From: a virus
Lineage: Duplodnaviria; Caudoviricetes
Virus record (IMG/VR): IMGVR_UViG_3300037962_000349
Coordinates: 1 to 24,249 of that record
Length of the DNA stretch: 24,249 nucleotides
Direction: 5' to 3' (one strand)
Position numbers and translations under genes: made by a program. The notes beneath the pieces were generated by a model, which did no database searches, was not told where the DNA came from, and saw only the letters and a list, made by a program, of their open reading frames with translations. Positions 1 to 10,452 of this stretch are shown piece by piece; positions within the stretch are counted from its first letter, which is position 1; each line of letters opens with the position of its first letter.

Positions 1-2
1 AA

Positions 3-719
3 CAAATTGATAGATTAGAACGACAACTAAGAATGGTAGGTGGTTATCCAGTAACTGATGACTCACAATCTCCAAACTCTTTTGTAACTGGTGCAGGTTT
101 ATCAGAATTAAATAGCACTATGTCTTTGATGATAAATGAATATAGAGAAATAATTAAACATGGTTTAATTGATATGGATGCAAAAAGATTAGAGCTAGAT
201 GTAGTTCTATCTTATCAACAAGGTATAACTAAAAAACCTATGGCAGGTTATTACGCAGGTGCAGCTTTTAGTGAGAATTATCAACCTCTTAAAGATATAG
301 GAGGTAATTTTACTACAAGACGTATCTACGGTGTTATGGCTGGTTTTGATGAACCACAGAAAATTGTTACAGGTTTACAACTTTTACAAGCTGGTGTTAT
401 AGATGTAGAAACATTACAAGATAATATTGACGGTCTAGAAAATATAGCAAAAGTACAAGAGCGTATTAGAAAAAACAAAGCAGAAGGTGTATTGTTTGAC
501 TCTATACTTGCAAGGTCGGCACAAGGTGACCCATCTGCAACTATGGCTGCAATAGCAATTTATGAAAATCCAAATGCTATTACAGAAATAATGAAACAAT
601 TCTATACACCTGAAGAACCACAGATGTCTCCTGAACAGGAAGCAATGATACAACAACAACTATTAGCACAAGGTGGAGGTCAAGGTGTTCCAACAATGGC
701 ACAGGCATTTGGAATTTAA
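3..719 (+). CDS. Probable portal protein, C-terminal part (5'-truncated by the window edge)
   Basis: The frame is open from position 3 (QIDRLERQLR-MVGGYP...), so the ORF begins before the window. It is largely helical and ends in a Q/P/G-rich tail (EQEAMIQQQLLAQGGGQG) as in podovirus portals, and it heads a morphogenesis module. Function is inferred. Confidence 0.6.
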   Translation, partial: QIDRLERQLRMVGGYPVTDDSQSPNSFVTGAGLSELNSTMSLMINEYREIIKHGLIDMDAKRLELDVVLSYQQGITKKPMAGYYAGAAFSENYQPLKDIGGNFTTRRIYGVMAGFDEPQKIVTGLQLLQAGVIDVETLQDNIDGLENIAKVQERIRKNKAEGVLFDSILARSAQGDPSATMAAIAIYENPNAITEIMKQFYTPEEPQMSPEQEAMIQQQLLAQGGGQGVPTMAQAFGI

Positions 720-720
720 A

Positions 721-885
721 ATGCAAGAGTATTACGAGAGTGAGTTCTGGGAAATGGTATATCAAGAATATGGTGTAGCAGACGAGATAGATATATTATC
801 TGAACAAGTTGTGCAAATTGTATATCCAAGACCAGGAGTAATTATATTATTTACTAACGAGGCAGACAGTTATGACCAAGAATAG
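721..885 (+). CDS. Small acidic hypothetical protein (54 aa, MQEYYESEFW...)
   Basis: ATG at 721 lies 1 nt after the portal stop (TAA-A-ATG), which is more plausible than the GTG at 673 inside the portal gene. Its 3' end overlaps the next ORF. Confidence 0.6.
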   Translation: MQEYYESEFWEMVYQEYGVADEIDILSEQVVQIVYPRPGVIILFTNEADSYDQE

Positions 886-1258
886 AAGAGGTGGCTACAG
901 ACAACCTTCTAAACCAGCAGCTGTAGCAACACCACAAGGTGGACAAAGAACAGATGGTGGAGCTGGAAGTAAAACACAACCTCTTAGAAGATTACCTGAT
1001 GCTGACTATGGTGATAATCAACAATTCGTAAATCAACAACAAGGTGCGCCATTACCTGTAGCATCACAAGTAGATGTTAATCCTAATGTTTTTGCACCAA
1101 CAGAAAGACCTAATGAGCCAATAACAGAAGGAGTACCAATAGGTGATGGGTCATCTGGTGTTAAACGAACAGATAACATAGATTTGATGTTACAAGCTAT
1201 GTATGACATAAATCCTTCTCCTATCATTATGGAGTTAATTAACAATAGGAATAGATAA
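872..1258 (+). CDS. Hypothetical virion-associated protein (128 aa, P/Q/G-rich, RGGYRQP...RTDGG motif)
   Basis: GAGG upstream and a TAATG overlap with the next gene. The N-terminal RGGYRxP...RTDGG motif resembles, from recollection only, a post-portal protein of actinobacterial podophages. Confidence 0.7.
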   Translation: MTKNRRGGYRQPSKPAAVATPQGGQRTDGGAGSKTQPLRRLPDADYGDNQQFVNQQQGAPLPVASQVDVNPNVFAPTERPNEPITEGVPIGDGSSGVKRTDNIDLMLQAMYDINPSPIIMELINNRNR

Positions 1259-4200
1259 TGGGCTTCCATCTATTCGATGAAAACGAAGAAAACGATTACT
1301 ACATAGGTAATAAACGTAACGATTTTCAAATAGGTCAATACAATACACAATTTTCTGTATTAGATGGTGTAACAGAAGAATTAGAAAAAGTAACAGAACA
1401 ACATCAATGGCCTGCAGATATATCAGTTCCTTATGTTTTAGCTGGTGGTACAGCAAATAGTCCTATAGCAAACGATATATCTAATAATTTTGCATTAAAC
1501 AAAGTTAAAACAGAATCACAAATCTGGAAAGAAATGCAAGAAAGATACCAATATGAGAACTTAGAAGACAATATGAAGATGAATCTTGGTACATTACTTA
1601 GAGGTGATGCACAAATAGGTGTTTGGTTGTTTGCTGGACTTGATGCATTATTTCAAACATATGGACCGTCAGGTAAATGGTCTGTAATTGCAAGTACTGT
1701 AAATGCTTTAGTACCAGGACAAGCTATGGTTGTTGGTAGGTCACAAGCATATTTAAGAGATTTAAGAGAATACGATAAATTATTACAACAAGGTTTTACA
1801 AAAGAAGCTGCACAAAAGAACTTACAAATAGATTTAAGTATGACTGAAGTAGAAAATATTGGTAAAGATACCAATCTTATTGGTGATATTAGAAAACATA
1901 TTGATATGATACGTGAAGCAAATCAAATGGGTGGAGAACCAGTCTTATGGAATATGATGAGACAAGTTATAAATGGTAAACCTGTTAACTTTGATAGAGC
2001 TACTAAAGTGACTTTAGAGTCTGTAAAAGCAGAAGATACACCTTATTACATAGATTTAATTAATAATTACGGTATGTCACCTGATGAAGCTAGAAAGTTT
2101 ATATATAACAAAATAGGTGAACCATTAAAAGGTTTTGATGATAATGGTCAAATACACTATACATCAGCATTTAAACCTAATCAGATAAATTTTTATGCAG
2201 GTAGAAGAAAATCAAACTTTAACTTTATGGGTTTAAATATGACACAAGATTTGTATAAACCAGAGTTTGAAGATAAAAACTATTTGCTTGAATATTCTCC
2301 TGGCAAAGTATATGCAGGTGAAATATATGAACCAGGTAGTAGAGCTTTTGATTTAATGTCTGGAACTATTGATGCTAGTTATCAATTACTACCAGAGTTA
2401 TTGGCTGGTAAAGGTATAAAAGGTGTACGTAATTTAAGAAAAGGTTTTAGACAAGTTAACCCTGCATTAGAAACAGCACAAACATTAGGTAGAAATAAAA
2501 AAACAGGTAAGTTAGCAAGCATAAACCCTGTAGCTATAAGAAAAGCTATACGAGATGCTGCTGATGGTGAGATTGACCCGTTTACAGGAAAAGGTGATTT
2601 TAGTAAAATTACTAATCCTAAGACAGGTAAATTTAAAGAACTTGATGATATTACACCTACATACAAAGATATTAGAAAAGCTGTTAAAAGAGAAAAAAAG
2701 AATCATACATTTTTTGGTGCAGTACCTAGATTTTTTTCATTAACTAAGAAACAAATACTTGACCAACCAATTATGGATGATTTTTTTAGAGCTGTTGATG
2801 ACACAACTATAGATGATTTAGATGTTATAGCTTTAAATCCTATATTAGGAAAACTACCTGGGCCTGTGCAAAAAAATCTTGCATTAGGAAAAGATGGTAA
2901 TGCAAGAGAAGTGTTTAGTGCAATGATGGATACAGGTTTAGAAATTAGTGAAAATGCAAATATCCGTATGTATAGACTAAGTGAAGACTTTGTAGACGGT
3001 ATGTTACCTGTAAAAGGTTCATTTGTTTTAAATAAAATGTTGCAACAAACTGCACGTAAAGGTACACAATTACAACAAAAAGGTGGTATATACGGTAAAA
3101 CAGTAGGTGGAGCATTGTCTGCTATAGGTAATGAACAAGCTGCATACAGAAGTATAGGTAGTTATTTAGGAGAAGCTTTAAGACCAGCAAGAGTTGCTGT
3201 AGATGAAGGTTTAGGTTATATACCTGGTCTTAGAGGTTTGTCTAGAAGTAGAGCTGCAAAACAACTTACAGGTGGTCCAGCAGTAGTTGATACTATGGAT
3301 GCAGCAGGTAATGTTTTAAAAGCACAAAAAATACTTGATGATATTGGTGGACCTAGATTAGAGTTTGAAAAATTCTTAGGATTTAGTTCTAATTTTAATT
3401 CTTCTTACAATCCATATTATAGAAAACTATTAGGTGTTATACCTGATATGGGAATACCTTTAAACAATGCATCAGTTGGTTATAGACAATTAGTAAGTCA
3501 TTTACAAATTAATGGATATAGTGGTGCAGAAATGTCACAAAGATTAAATAAATTTTTAGAAATAGATTTTGCAAATAAAAATGCTGTAAGAGATTTTGCT
3601 AAAGAACAAGCGGATATAGACGTAGCATTAGTTTTTAAACGTGGTGGAGAAAAAGGTTGGGAATATGTACAACAACATGCAGGCAAAATGTTTGAAGGTT
3701 TAGAAAAACAAAAAATATATGGTGCAGGTAGAAATAATAAAAACTTACCTAACGTTGGTGATGGTTATGAAATGTACAATATGAAAAACCCTGTAACAGG
3801 TGAGATGGTTGACATGCCTGTAATGACAGGTTCTATGTTTTCTGAAATGGCTGACAATATAGCACCACTTATGGATTACAAATTATTAAATAGAGCTATG
3901 TCAGGTATGTTTCAGGTTTATGATGATGCAGACGTATTAGGGATATTTAGTAGAAATGTTAAAAATGTATTTGATTACGGAAAATATCGATATAGAAAAC
4001 TTTTAAATACAGATGATGTATCTTTAGTTAATCCATTTGAAGATGGTGTAATTAGTGTAAAAAGATTAGAAGAAGATTATTTTAACAATTTAGCTAACTT
4101 CTATACAAGAAATGTTTTTAAACCATTAGTTTTGATGAGACTTGCATTTTTTACACGTGTATTTTTAGAAGAACAAGCACGTGTTGCAACAGCTGGGTTA

Positions 4201-7008
4201 GATGCATTTTATAATAATCCTTTTAAAACAATACAGTGGATAGCATCACATGACCCTAATTCAAAAATAGGCAAAGTATTGAATGCACTGCCTTTTAAAA
4301 AAGCAAAAGTTACAGATGGTGAACAATTATTAATGTCATTAGAAGCACAAGAAGCTGCAAGAATTATGAAATTTACAGACCTTATTGGTCCTGGTAGAAG
4401 ACAAAGAAATAAATACACAGAATATATAGCGTATTCTAAAAAAGAAATAGGAACTAAAAGATATGCAAAACATATGTTTTATGAATTAATGTCATTAAGA
4501 AATGACCCTATTGCACAACAAGTTGCAAAGCATGGATATGGTTCTGCTGAACTTACTAAATGGATGAACTCTACTGTAGGTAGACAAGCAAGAATGGATT
4601 TATTTAATGCTGGTGGTACAAGATGGCAACAAATATTAAAAAATAATGATTTTACAGACCAACACTTACAATATTTAGAATCAAGAATAAGAATTAAAAC
4701 TGGTGGCAATGTTACAGTTGGTAAAGATTTAATAAAACAACCTGATGGTAAATATAGATATGAATTACAAACATCTAACTTTGGTGATAAAAGAATACGT
4801 GCAGCTATAGCAGATGGTAAATTAGAAACACTTGATGGAGAAGTACTAGATTTTTATGAAAATCCTTTTAAAACAGTTAAAAGATTTAAACAAAAAAAAG
4901 TTACTGATGCTTTAGAAGAATATTATGGAGAAACAAGATTAGATGGTGGTTTTGTAAAAGTTCCTAGTTTGACAGATGAAGCAGATAATGCACCTAAAGG
5001 TTTATTACAAGCAACAGAAGATATTTTAAACGATGCTCAACAGGCTATATTTGATAGATTAATGACAAAACCTATAAATTATCTAAATAGGTCACCAGTA
5101 TTTAAACAATATAGATGGATGTATATTACAGACAAAATGAAAGAGTTGTCACCTAAATTACAAACACAGTTTATAAAAGAAGCTAAAGGTGCTGGCATCC
5201 CAACATCAGCATTACGAGAACTTACAGGTATGAAAGCTTTACATAAAAATGGAAAGATAGATAATTACAATGCAATTAACGCTGAAAGTAAAGCATTTGG
5301 ATTGTCTATGGTTAAAAATTTACTTTATGACACAAGACAAAAACATGCAGTATCAGATAAGTTATTAAACATATTTCCATTCGCAGAAGTATGGTTTGAA
5401 GTATTCCAAACATGGGGACAGTTACTTGCAGCTAACCCTACAGTATTAAGAAAAGCACATGTTAGTTTACGTGGTGGTGGTGCAGCAGATAGTTATGGTT
5501 CTAGTTCTGACGATGGATTTATTGTACCTGACCCAAGAAATCCAGAAGAAGATATGTTTGTTATGCCTTTTGGTGGTTGGATGACCAATGTTATTTATGG
5601 CGAAGATTCAGAAACTACAATATCTCCTAGAGGATATTTAGCAGGTGTTAACTTATTAGGACAAGGTTTTGTACCAGGTCCTAACCCTGTAGTTGGTTTT
5701 GCTGTAAATAGATTATTACCTGAAAATACAAGTAATCCTTATATAAATGATATATCAAATTATATAAAAGATAGTTTGTTTGGTGACTTTGGTCCACCAG
5801 AAGATGTGTCAGATGTAATAGCTGTAACTCCTGTATATAAAAAATTATTAGCAGCATTAGCATCAAATGATAGTTTTGATACTATAAATGAAAATTCTAA
5901 AGATATACATAAAATGCGTGCAAGTGCAACCATAGATGTTTTTAGATATGGTATGGCATCTGGACAAAACAATAAACTATACAAAGATGGTAAGTTAAGT
6001 GTTTATCTTAATAAATTGTATCCTAATCAATGGACTCCTGAGACTATTACACAAAGACAAATAGACAATGCTTTCTTAGAATATTCTAAAAATGCATCTA
6101 GAAATTTATTTGCAATGGAATTTTTATATCAATTTATTGGTCCTACTGGATTTAAACCAGAATTTTTTATGAAAGATGATGTAGGTAATTTATGGGGTAC
6201 AGCTGTATTGTATGAAGAATTTGTAAGGATACGAGAAAAACATGAAGGTAATGATATAGATACATACAATGAGTTTTTTGAATTGTATGGTATTGAACAT
6301 CCTTATATTTTAAGTCCTAAAACACAATCAGAAATAGGTAAACAACCTACAAGTGTAAGAGTAAAACAATATCAAGCAGAGAATAAAGAAATATTTGACC
6401 AATTAGAACTTAGTGGTTATTACTTAAATACCGATAATCCTAATGAAGAAAAAGATTGGAATGATATTGTAAGAGAAAAAAGTTTATTATCACCTGACCA
6501 ATACAGAAGAGCTGTTAATGACACAATAGGTTTCTTTAGATATAAAACATTTACAACTAATTTAGAAAAATTAGATATTGATTATAAAAAGAAAACACAA
6601 CTTAAAAGAGTATTTAGAGAAGGATTAAAAGAAGCATTACCTGGATTCCAAGCAGATGAATATGGTTTATTAACACCTGTTAGAACAGCAGATGTTTTTA
6701 GTGAAATGAGACGTAAATGGAGAAACATACCTGGTGTTATGGAAACAGAAGCAGGAAAAGGATTTGCAGAAATAATGCCTTTCTGGGAAGAAATGGAAAA
6801 ACTATCACAAGAATATTCACCTACTGCAACAAAAGACTGGTGGTTAAAGTCTGATGATACAAGAGCATTATCTATGAGAATATGGATGTATAATAAAGCA
6901 CAGCAGATTATAGCAGACAATCCAGAGTTTTGGAGTGTCTGGAACGGAGTTATGTTAAAGTTATATAGAGATGACTTTGAAGTATTGGATTATATAGATG
7001 GAGAATAA
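1258..7008 (+). CDS. Large probable internal virion (ejection) protein, 1916 aa
   Basis: 5.75-kb uninterrupted ORF coupled by TAATG at both ends, in the structural module. It has no tape-measure-like periodicity and no catalytic motif I could recognise. Function is inferred from size and context. Confidence 0.6.
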   Translation: MGFHLFDENEENDYYIGNKRNDFQIGQYNTQFSVLDGVTEELEKVTEQHQWPADISVPYVLAGGTANSPIANDISNNFALNKVKTESQIWKEMQERYQYENLEDNMKMNLGTLLRGDAQIGVWLFAGLDALFQTYGPSGKWSVIASTVNALVPGQAMVVGRSQAYLRDLREYDKLLQQGFTKEAAQKNLQIDLSMTEVENIGKDTNLIGDIRKHIDMIREANQMGGEPVLWNMMRQVINGKPVNFDRATKVTLESVKAEDTPYYIDLINNYGMSPDEARKFIYNKIGEPLKGFDDNGQIHYTSAFKPNQINFYAGRRKSNFNFMGLNMTQDLYKPEFEDKNYLLEYSPGKVYAGEIYEPGSRAFDLMSGTIDASYQLLPELLAGKGIKGVRNLRKGFRQVNPALETAQTLGRNKKTGKLASINPVAIRKAIRDAADGEIDPFTGKGDFSKITNPKTGKFKELDDITPTYKDIRKAVKREKKNHTFFGAVPRFFSLTKKQILDQPIMDDFFRAVDDTTIDDLDVIALNPILGKLPGPVQKNLALGKDGNAREVFSAMMDTGLEISENANIRMYRLSEDFVDGMLPVKGSFVLNKMLQQTARKGTQLQQKGGIYGKTVGGALSAIGNEQAAYRSIGSYLGEALRPARVAVDEGLGYIPGLRGLSRSRAAKQLTGGPAVVDTMDAAGNVLKAQKILDDIGGPRLEFEKFLGFSSNFNSSYNPYYRKLLGVIPDMGIPLNNASVGYRQLVSHLQINGYSGAEMSQRLNKFLEIDFANKNAVRDFAKEQADIDVALVFKRGGEKGWEYVQQHAGKMFEGLEKQKIYGAGRNNKNLPNVGDGYEMYNMKNPVTGEMVDMPVMTGSMFSEMADNIAPLMDYKLLNRAMSGMFQVYDDADVLGIFSRNVKNVFDYGKYRYRKLLNTDDVSLVNPFEDGVISVKRLEEDYFNNLANFYTRNVFKPLVLMRLAFFTRVFLEEQARVATAGLDAFYNNPFKTIQWIASHDPNSKIGKVLNALPFKKAKVTDGEQLLMSLEAQEAARIMKFTDLIGPGRRQRNKYTEYIAYSKKEIGTKRYAKHMFYELMSLRNDPIAQQVAKHGYGSAELTKWMNSTVGRQARMDLFNAGGTRWQQILKNNDFTDQHLQYLESRIRIKTGGNVTVGKDLIKQPDGKYRYELQTSNFGDKRIRAAIADGKLETLDGEVLDFYENPFKTVKRFKQKKVTDALEEYYGETRLDGGFVKVPSLTDEADNAPKGLLQATEDILNDAQQAIFDRLMTKPINYLNRSPVFKQYRWMYITDKMKELSPKLQTQFIKEAKGAGIPTSALRELTGMKALHKNGKIDNYNAINAESKAFGLSMVKNLLYDTRQKHAVSDKLLNIFPFAEVWFEVFQTWGQLLAANPTVLRKAHVSLRGGGAADSYGSSSDDGFIVPDPRNPEEDMFVMPFGGWMTNVIYGEDSETTISPRGYLAGVNLLGQGFVPGPNPVVGFAVNRLLPENTSNPYINDISNYIKDSLFGDFGPPEDVSDVIAVTPVYKKLLAALASNDSFDTINENSKDIHKMRASATIDVFRYGMASGQNNKLYKDGKLSVYLNKLYPNQWTPETITQRQIDNAFLEYSKNASRNLFAMEFLYQFIGPTGFKPEFFMKDDVGNLWGTAVLYEEFVRIREKHEGNDIDTYNEFFELYGIEHPYILSPKTQSEIGKQPTSVRVKQYQAENKEIFDQLELSGYYLNTDNPNEEKDWNDIVREKSLLSPDQYRRAVNDTIGFFRYKTFTTNLEKLDIDYKKKTQLKRVFREGLKEALPGFQADEYGLLTPVRTADVFSEMRRKWRNIPGVMETEAGKGFAEIMPFWEEMEKLSQEYSPTATKDWWLKSDDTRALSMRIWMYNKAQQIIADNPEFWSVWNGVMLKLYRDDFEVLDYIDGE

Positions 7009-8378
7009 TGGTACAGCCTGTAGCTAGAGGTATACAAGCACAAGAACAAGAAGAAAAAGTAAAAGCTTCTAAACAAGCTATTAGAGATTTTTTAATTACT
7101 TATCAATCTATGTTTCCAGAATTACAACTAACAGGTAATTTTAATATTAATAGTGCTATAAAATCTTTAGAAAATAATGTGTATTTTGCAGATAAACCAG
7201 AGGTAATAAAACAATTACAAGATGCTGCATTGCAAGGTGATATAGATTCTATTAAAAGTATATTTGATTCTACAGTACAACAAGTAGATTTTGCAGGTGT
7301 TGACTTACCTAGTATTGAAGGTGAACAAGGAATAACTTTACCACCAGAACAACAAGAAGCATTAGAAAACACATTAGTATCTTTTAACCGTGCATTACAA
7401 GACGGAACTATTGGTGCTATTGCACAACAATATGGTATGAATACTGTTGGTAAAGATAATGAAACAATTCTTGATGAGTTAAAAACATTTGTAATTAATA
7501 ATACATTTGCTATAGACCCACAGAGTGGTACTAGGTTAGTTCCAACAGGAGAAGGTCAATTACAAGTATCACAAGGATACTTTAATAATGTATTACATTC
7601 TCATATCTTGGCTATGAACTCTACATACAGTGAGAAAATAGCATTTCAAAAGTTTTTGATAGACCACAATATTGCAACTAAAGAAGATTTTGCAGGTACT
7701 TTAGGACAATATAGTGAAGTGCTAAGACAAAAAATAGAAGAAGTTATGTTATGGGCAGACCAAAATATAAATGCTGGTCCTGATTCTGCATTAAGAGCAG
7801 ACATAATGTCACAAGAACCAATTTTTTTTGCTGATGTTCAATATCAAGATATGGACATAAGTTTTGAAAGAAACTTATTTGCTTATGCAGTACAAGAAAT
7901 AGGCAGACAAAATATTGAGTTAGATAAATTAGAACTAGATAAAGCCTTAGAAGCAGAAGCTATAAAGTATATACCACCTTCTCCAGAAAATTTAGAAACT
8001 ATGGTTGATGCATATTTTGTAGCAAACATAGGTAGAAGTGCTACAGCTGGTGAATTAACTGAGTGGTCATCTGCACTAGCAAGTAGTTATGATGAAGGTT
8101 ATGCACAATATAAATCATTTCAATATGCATTAGATAATTTTGATTTGAAAGAAACTACAACAATAAATCCAGGTCAAGGTGGTGGTTTAGATGTAGGTAC
8201 ACAAGTTACTACAACTACCAACCTTAGTGAGTTGTCAAGTCAGTTACCATCATCACCACAAGAAATATTTGAAGGTAAGTTTGAAGATGCTATGGAAGAT
8301 GAAATGAGTGCATTTGAAAAAGGTAAAGCTATTAAGGATATGCAGAATAAACTTATGTCTGCACAGTTTGGAGCGTAA
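7008..8378 (+). CDS. Hypothetical protein, probable internal virion protein (456 aa, acidic, helical)
   Basis: GGAG RBS upstream, TAATG overlaps at both ends, A/Q/E-rich composition. Confidence 0.6.
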   Translation: MVQPVARGIQAQEQEEKVKASKQAIRDFLITYQSMFPELQLTGNFNINSAIKSLENNVYFADKPEVIKQLQDAALQGDIDSIKSIFDSTVQQVDFAGVDLPSIEGEQGITLPPEQQEALENTLVSFNRALQDGTIGAIAQQYGMNTVGKDNETILDELKTFVINNTFAIDPQSGTRLVPTGEGQLQVSQGYFNNVLHSHILAMNSTYSEKIAFQKFLIDHNIATKEDFAGTLGQYSEVLRQKIEEVMLWADQNINAGPDSALRADIMSQEPIFFADVQYQDMDISFERNLFAYAVQEIGRQNIELDKLELDKALEAEAIKYIPPSPENLETMVDAYFVANIGRSATAGELTEWSSALASSYDEGYAQYKSFQYALDNFDLKETTTINPGQGGGLDVGTQVTTTTNLSELSSQLPSSPQEIFEGKFEDAMEDEMSAFEKGKAIKDMQNKLMSAQFGA

Positions 8379-9211
8379 TGGAAGAAGATAAGATACAATA
8401 TACAACTCAAACTGGTGAAACACGTGTTGATGTTCCTAATAAAAAATTTGCAAGAATGGGACGTCAAGTTGAAAATGTGGCAAAAAAAACAACTATTGCA
8501 CCTAAAAACTATAGAAAAGTTAAAGGTGATACTATTTTAAAAATTACAGGATTAGAAAATTTTAAATCACGTTTTAATAAAAGTGTAGTAATAGATGTCG
8601 AGCCAGACCAGATATATTGGTTAAATGATAAAAATACAAAAATTTATGGTATGGAAAGTCCAAAGCTTGAACAAGAATTTGTAGATAATTTTCTTAAAAA
8701 TAAAATGGGTTCAGCTATAGATGAGTTAGCAACAAACCTAGGAGTTAAAAAAGATTTTGTACAAGATACTATTAGTAAATATAAAGTTAATCCTAATGTT
8801 CTTGGTGATGTTATAGGTAGAGCAGGTGGTGCATGGTTAGACCCTATATCTGAAATAGCAGAAGTTACATTAGGTAAAGTAGGTTTAGGTGATATTGCTA
8901 GTAAATGGATTAGAGGTGAAATGTTAGGTTTAGTTGCAGCAGCTATTGCTGGTACAGGTGCAGCTATCGGAGCTAAACAGGCACCTAAAATTAAAGAGGG
9001 TATGACAAAAATGATGTTACCTGGTTATCAACAATATATACCTCCAGCACAAGAAGTAGAAACTATTGATGCAGTTATTGAAGGTTTAGGTGTATTTAGT
9101 GATGCAACACAGTTTTTACCATCAGTTATGTTAGATGAAAAATTAAAAGAAAAAACTGGTAAATATGGTGGAGAGTGGATGAGAGCAGGAATAGATAGGT
9201 TATCTAGATGA
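8378..9211 (+). CDS. Hypothetical protein, possible membrane-interacting ejection protein (277 aa)
   Basis: Basic N-terminal half plus a Gly/Ala-rich hydrophobic segment (LGLVAAAIAGTGAAIGA). Coupled to its neighbours by TAATG and ATGA. Confidence 0.55.
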   Translation: MEEDKIQYTTQTGETRVDVPNKKFARMGRQVENVAKKTTIAPKNYRKVKGDTILKITGLENFKSRFNKSVVIDVEPDQIYWLNDKNTKIYGMESPKLEQEFVDNFLKNKMGSAIDELATNLGVKKDFVQDTISKYKVNPNVLGDVIGRAGGAWLDPISEIAEVTLGKVGLGDIASKWIRGEMLGLVAAAIAGTGAAIGAKQAPKIKEGMTKMMLPGYQQYIPPAQEVETIDAVIEGLGVFSDATQFLPSVMLDEKLKEKTGKYGGEWMRAGIDRLSR

Positions 9212-10452
9212 GTTATAAAGTTAAATCAGACCAATCAGCACAGTTAATGTATATCAAAGATACTAATGAGTACAAAATAGTTGTAGATGTAGGAGATGTT
9301 ATTTATGTATTTGATACACCTGCAAACTCTACAATATATCAATTAACAGATTTACAAGAAGTAGCTGGCCAAAGTGAACAACAAGTAAGAGCATCAGCAG
9401 GTATTTATGTAACAGATAATGATACGTTTATGTCAGGATTTTTTAATGATGATAGGTTAGTAAGTGTAGCTATAGATGTAAATCAAATAACACCTGCTAT
9501 TGCAGATGATGCACAAGATATACTTAAAACATTTTTTGATGCACAAGAATCTTTAAATAAAACATATGGTGCAAGAAATGCATTGTGGAAAGATGAAGAA
9601 TACTTAGCACAAATAGCAATACTTACACAACAACTTGATGGTGATATGGATGCTGCAGTTACATATTTTGCTAACACAGAAGAATACGGAAATATATTAA
9701 AAAGACTTCCTAATTCACAAGGTGGTATAGGTATATCACAAGATGAGATAGATGCAGAAGAAATGATTAAGACTGATTTTGTTGGATTTCAAAATCTTAA
9801 AAAAGAAAACATTGCATATATAAATGGATTAGTTGCTAAATCAGGTGGAGACATACCACCTACTGGTGTAGAGTACCTAGCTGATTTAATGACTAAAGGT
9901 ATTATGTCGCAACAAGAAGTTATAAGACAAGTTAGTGGTGCAACAGATGATTACTCACCATATAAGGATACTTTAAATGCAGGGTTTTTAGATGCTATTG
10001 CAGGTAAAGGTACTAAAACAAACGCTGGTATGGATGGGGTACAAGACTTATTAAATAAATATTTACCTAGTTATTTACACGATACATTTGATATAGCAGC
10101 AGAAGCAGGCAAAATTAGAAACGACCCTAACTATCAAAGTGTATTTGAAGATACATTAAAAGACCAAAGGTTTGCTTTATATCCTATGTACGATAAAAAT
10201 GTAAATTGGAATTTTATAGTAGCTTCTAAAAAACAAGTAGCTAAGAATGTACTTGGTGTAGAACTCAAAGAAAATGACCCTGCATTAGATTCTATTATTA
10301 GAATGAATGATACATCTAAAGAACAAGAATATTTAAGAAATATAGGATTGGAAAGAGATTATCAAAAAACTAAGAATGATTTACAAAAAGCAATGATGGG
10401 TGCATTTGGTAGTGGTGTTGTATCAAGCACAGCATATGTAGAGGGAAGATAA
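9208..10452 (+). CDS. Hypothetical protein, probable internal virion protein (414 aa)
   Basis: ATGA overlap upstream, TAATG downstream; long ORF within the coupled block. Confidence 0.55.
   Translation: MSYKVKSDQSAQLMYIKDTNEYKIVVDVGDVIYVFDTPANSTIYQLTDLQEVAGQSEQQVRASAGIYVTDNDTFMSGFFNDDRLVSVAIDVNQITPAIADDAQDILKTFFDAQESLNKTYGARNALWKDEEYLAQIAILTQQLDGDMDAAVTYFANTEEYGNILKRLPNSQGGIGISQDEIDAEEMIKTDFVGFQNLKKENIAYINGLVAKSGGDIPPTGVEYLADLMTKGIMSQQEVIRQVSGATDDYSPYKDTLNAGFLDAIAGKGTKTNAGMDGVQDLLNKYLPSYLHDTFDIAAEAGKIRNDPNYQSVFEDTLKDQRFALYPMYDKNVNWNFIVASKKQVAKNVLGVELKENDPALDSIIRMNDTSKEQEYLRNIGLERDYQKTKNDLQKAMMGAFGSGVVSSTAYVEGR

Noticed and set aside
673-720. GTG start at 673 for the small ORF
   Set aside because: It lies inside the portal gene. 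ATG 721 directly after the portal stop fits the coupling pattern seen throughout the window.
1258-7008. Tape measure protein or virion RNA polymerase
   Set aside because: No tail tube or chaperone genes nearby, no TMP-like periodic repeats, and no polymerase catalytic motif recognised. It cannot be fully excluded without a profile search.
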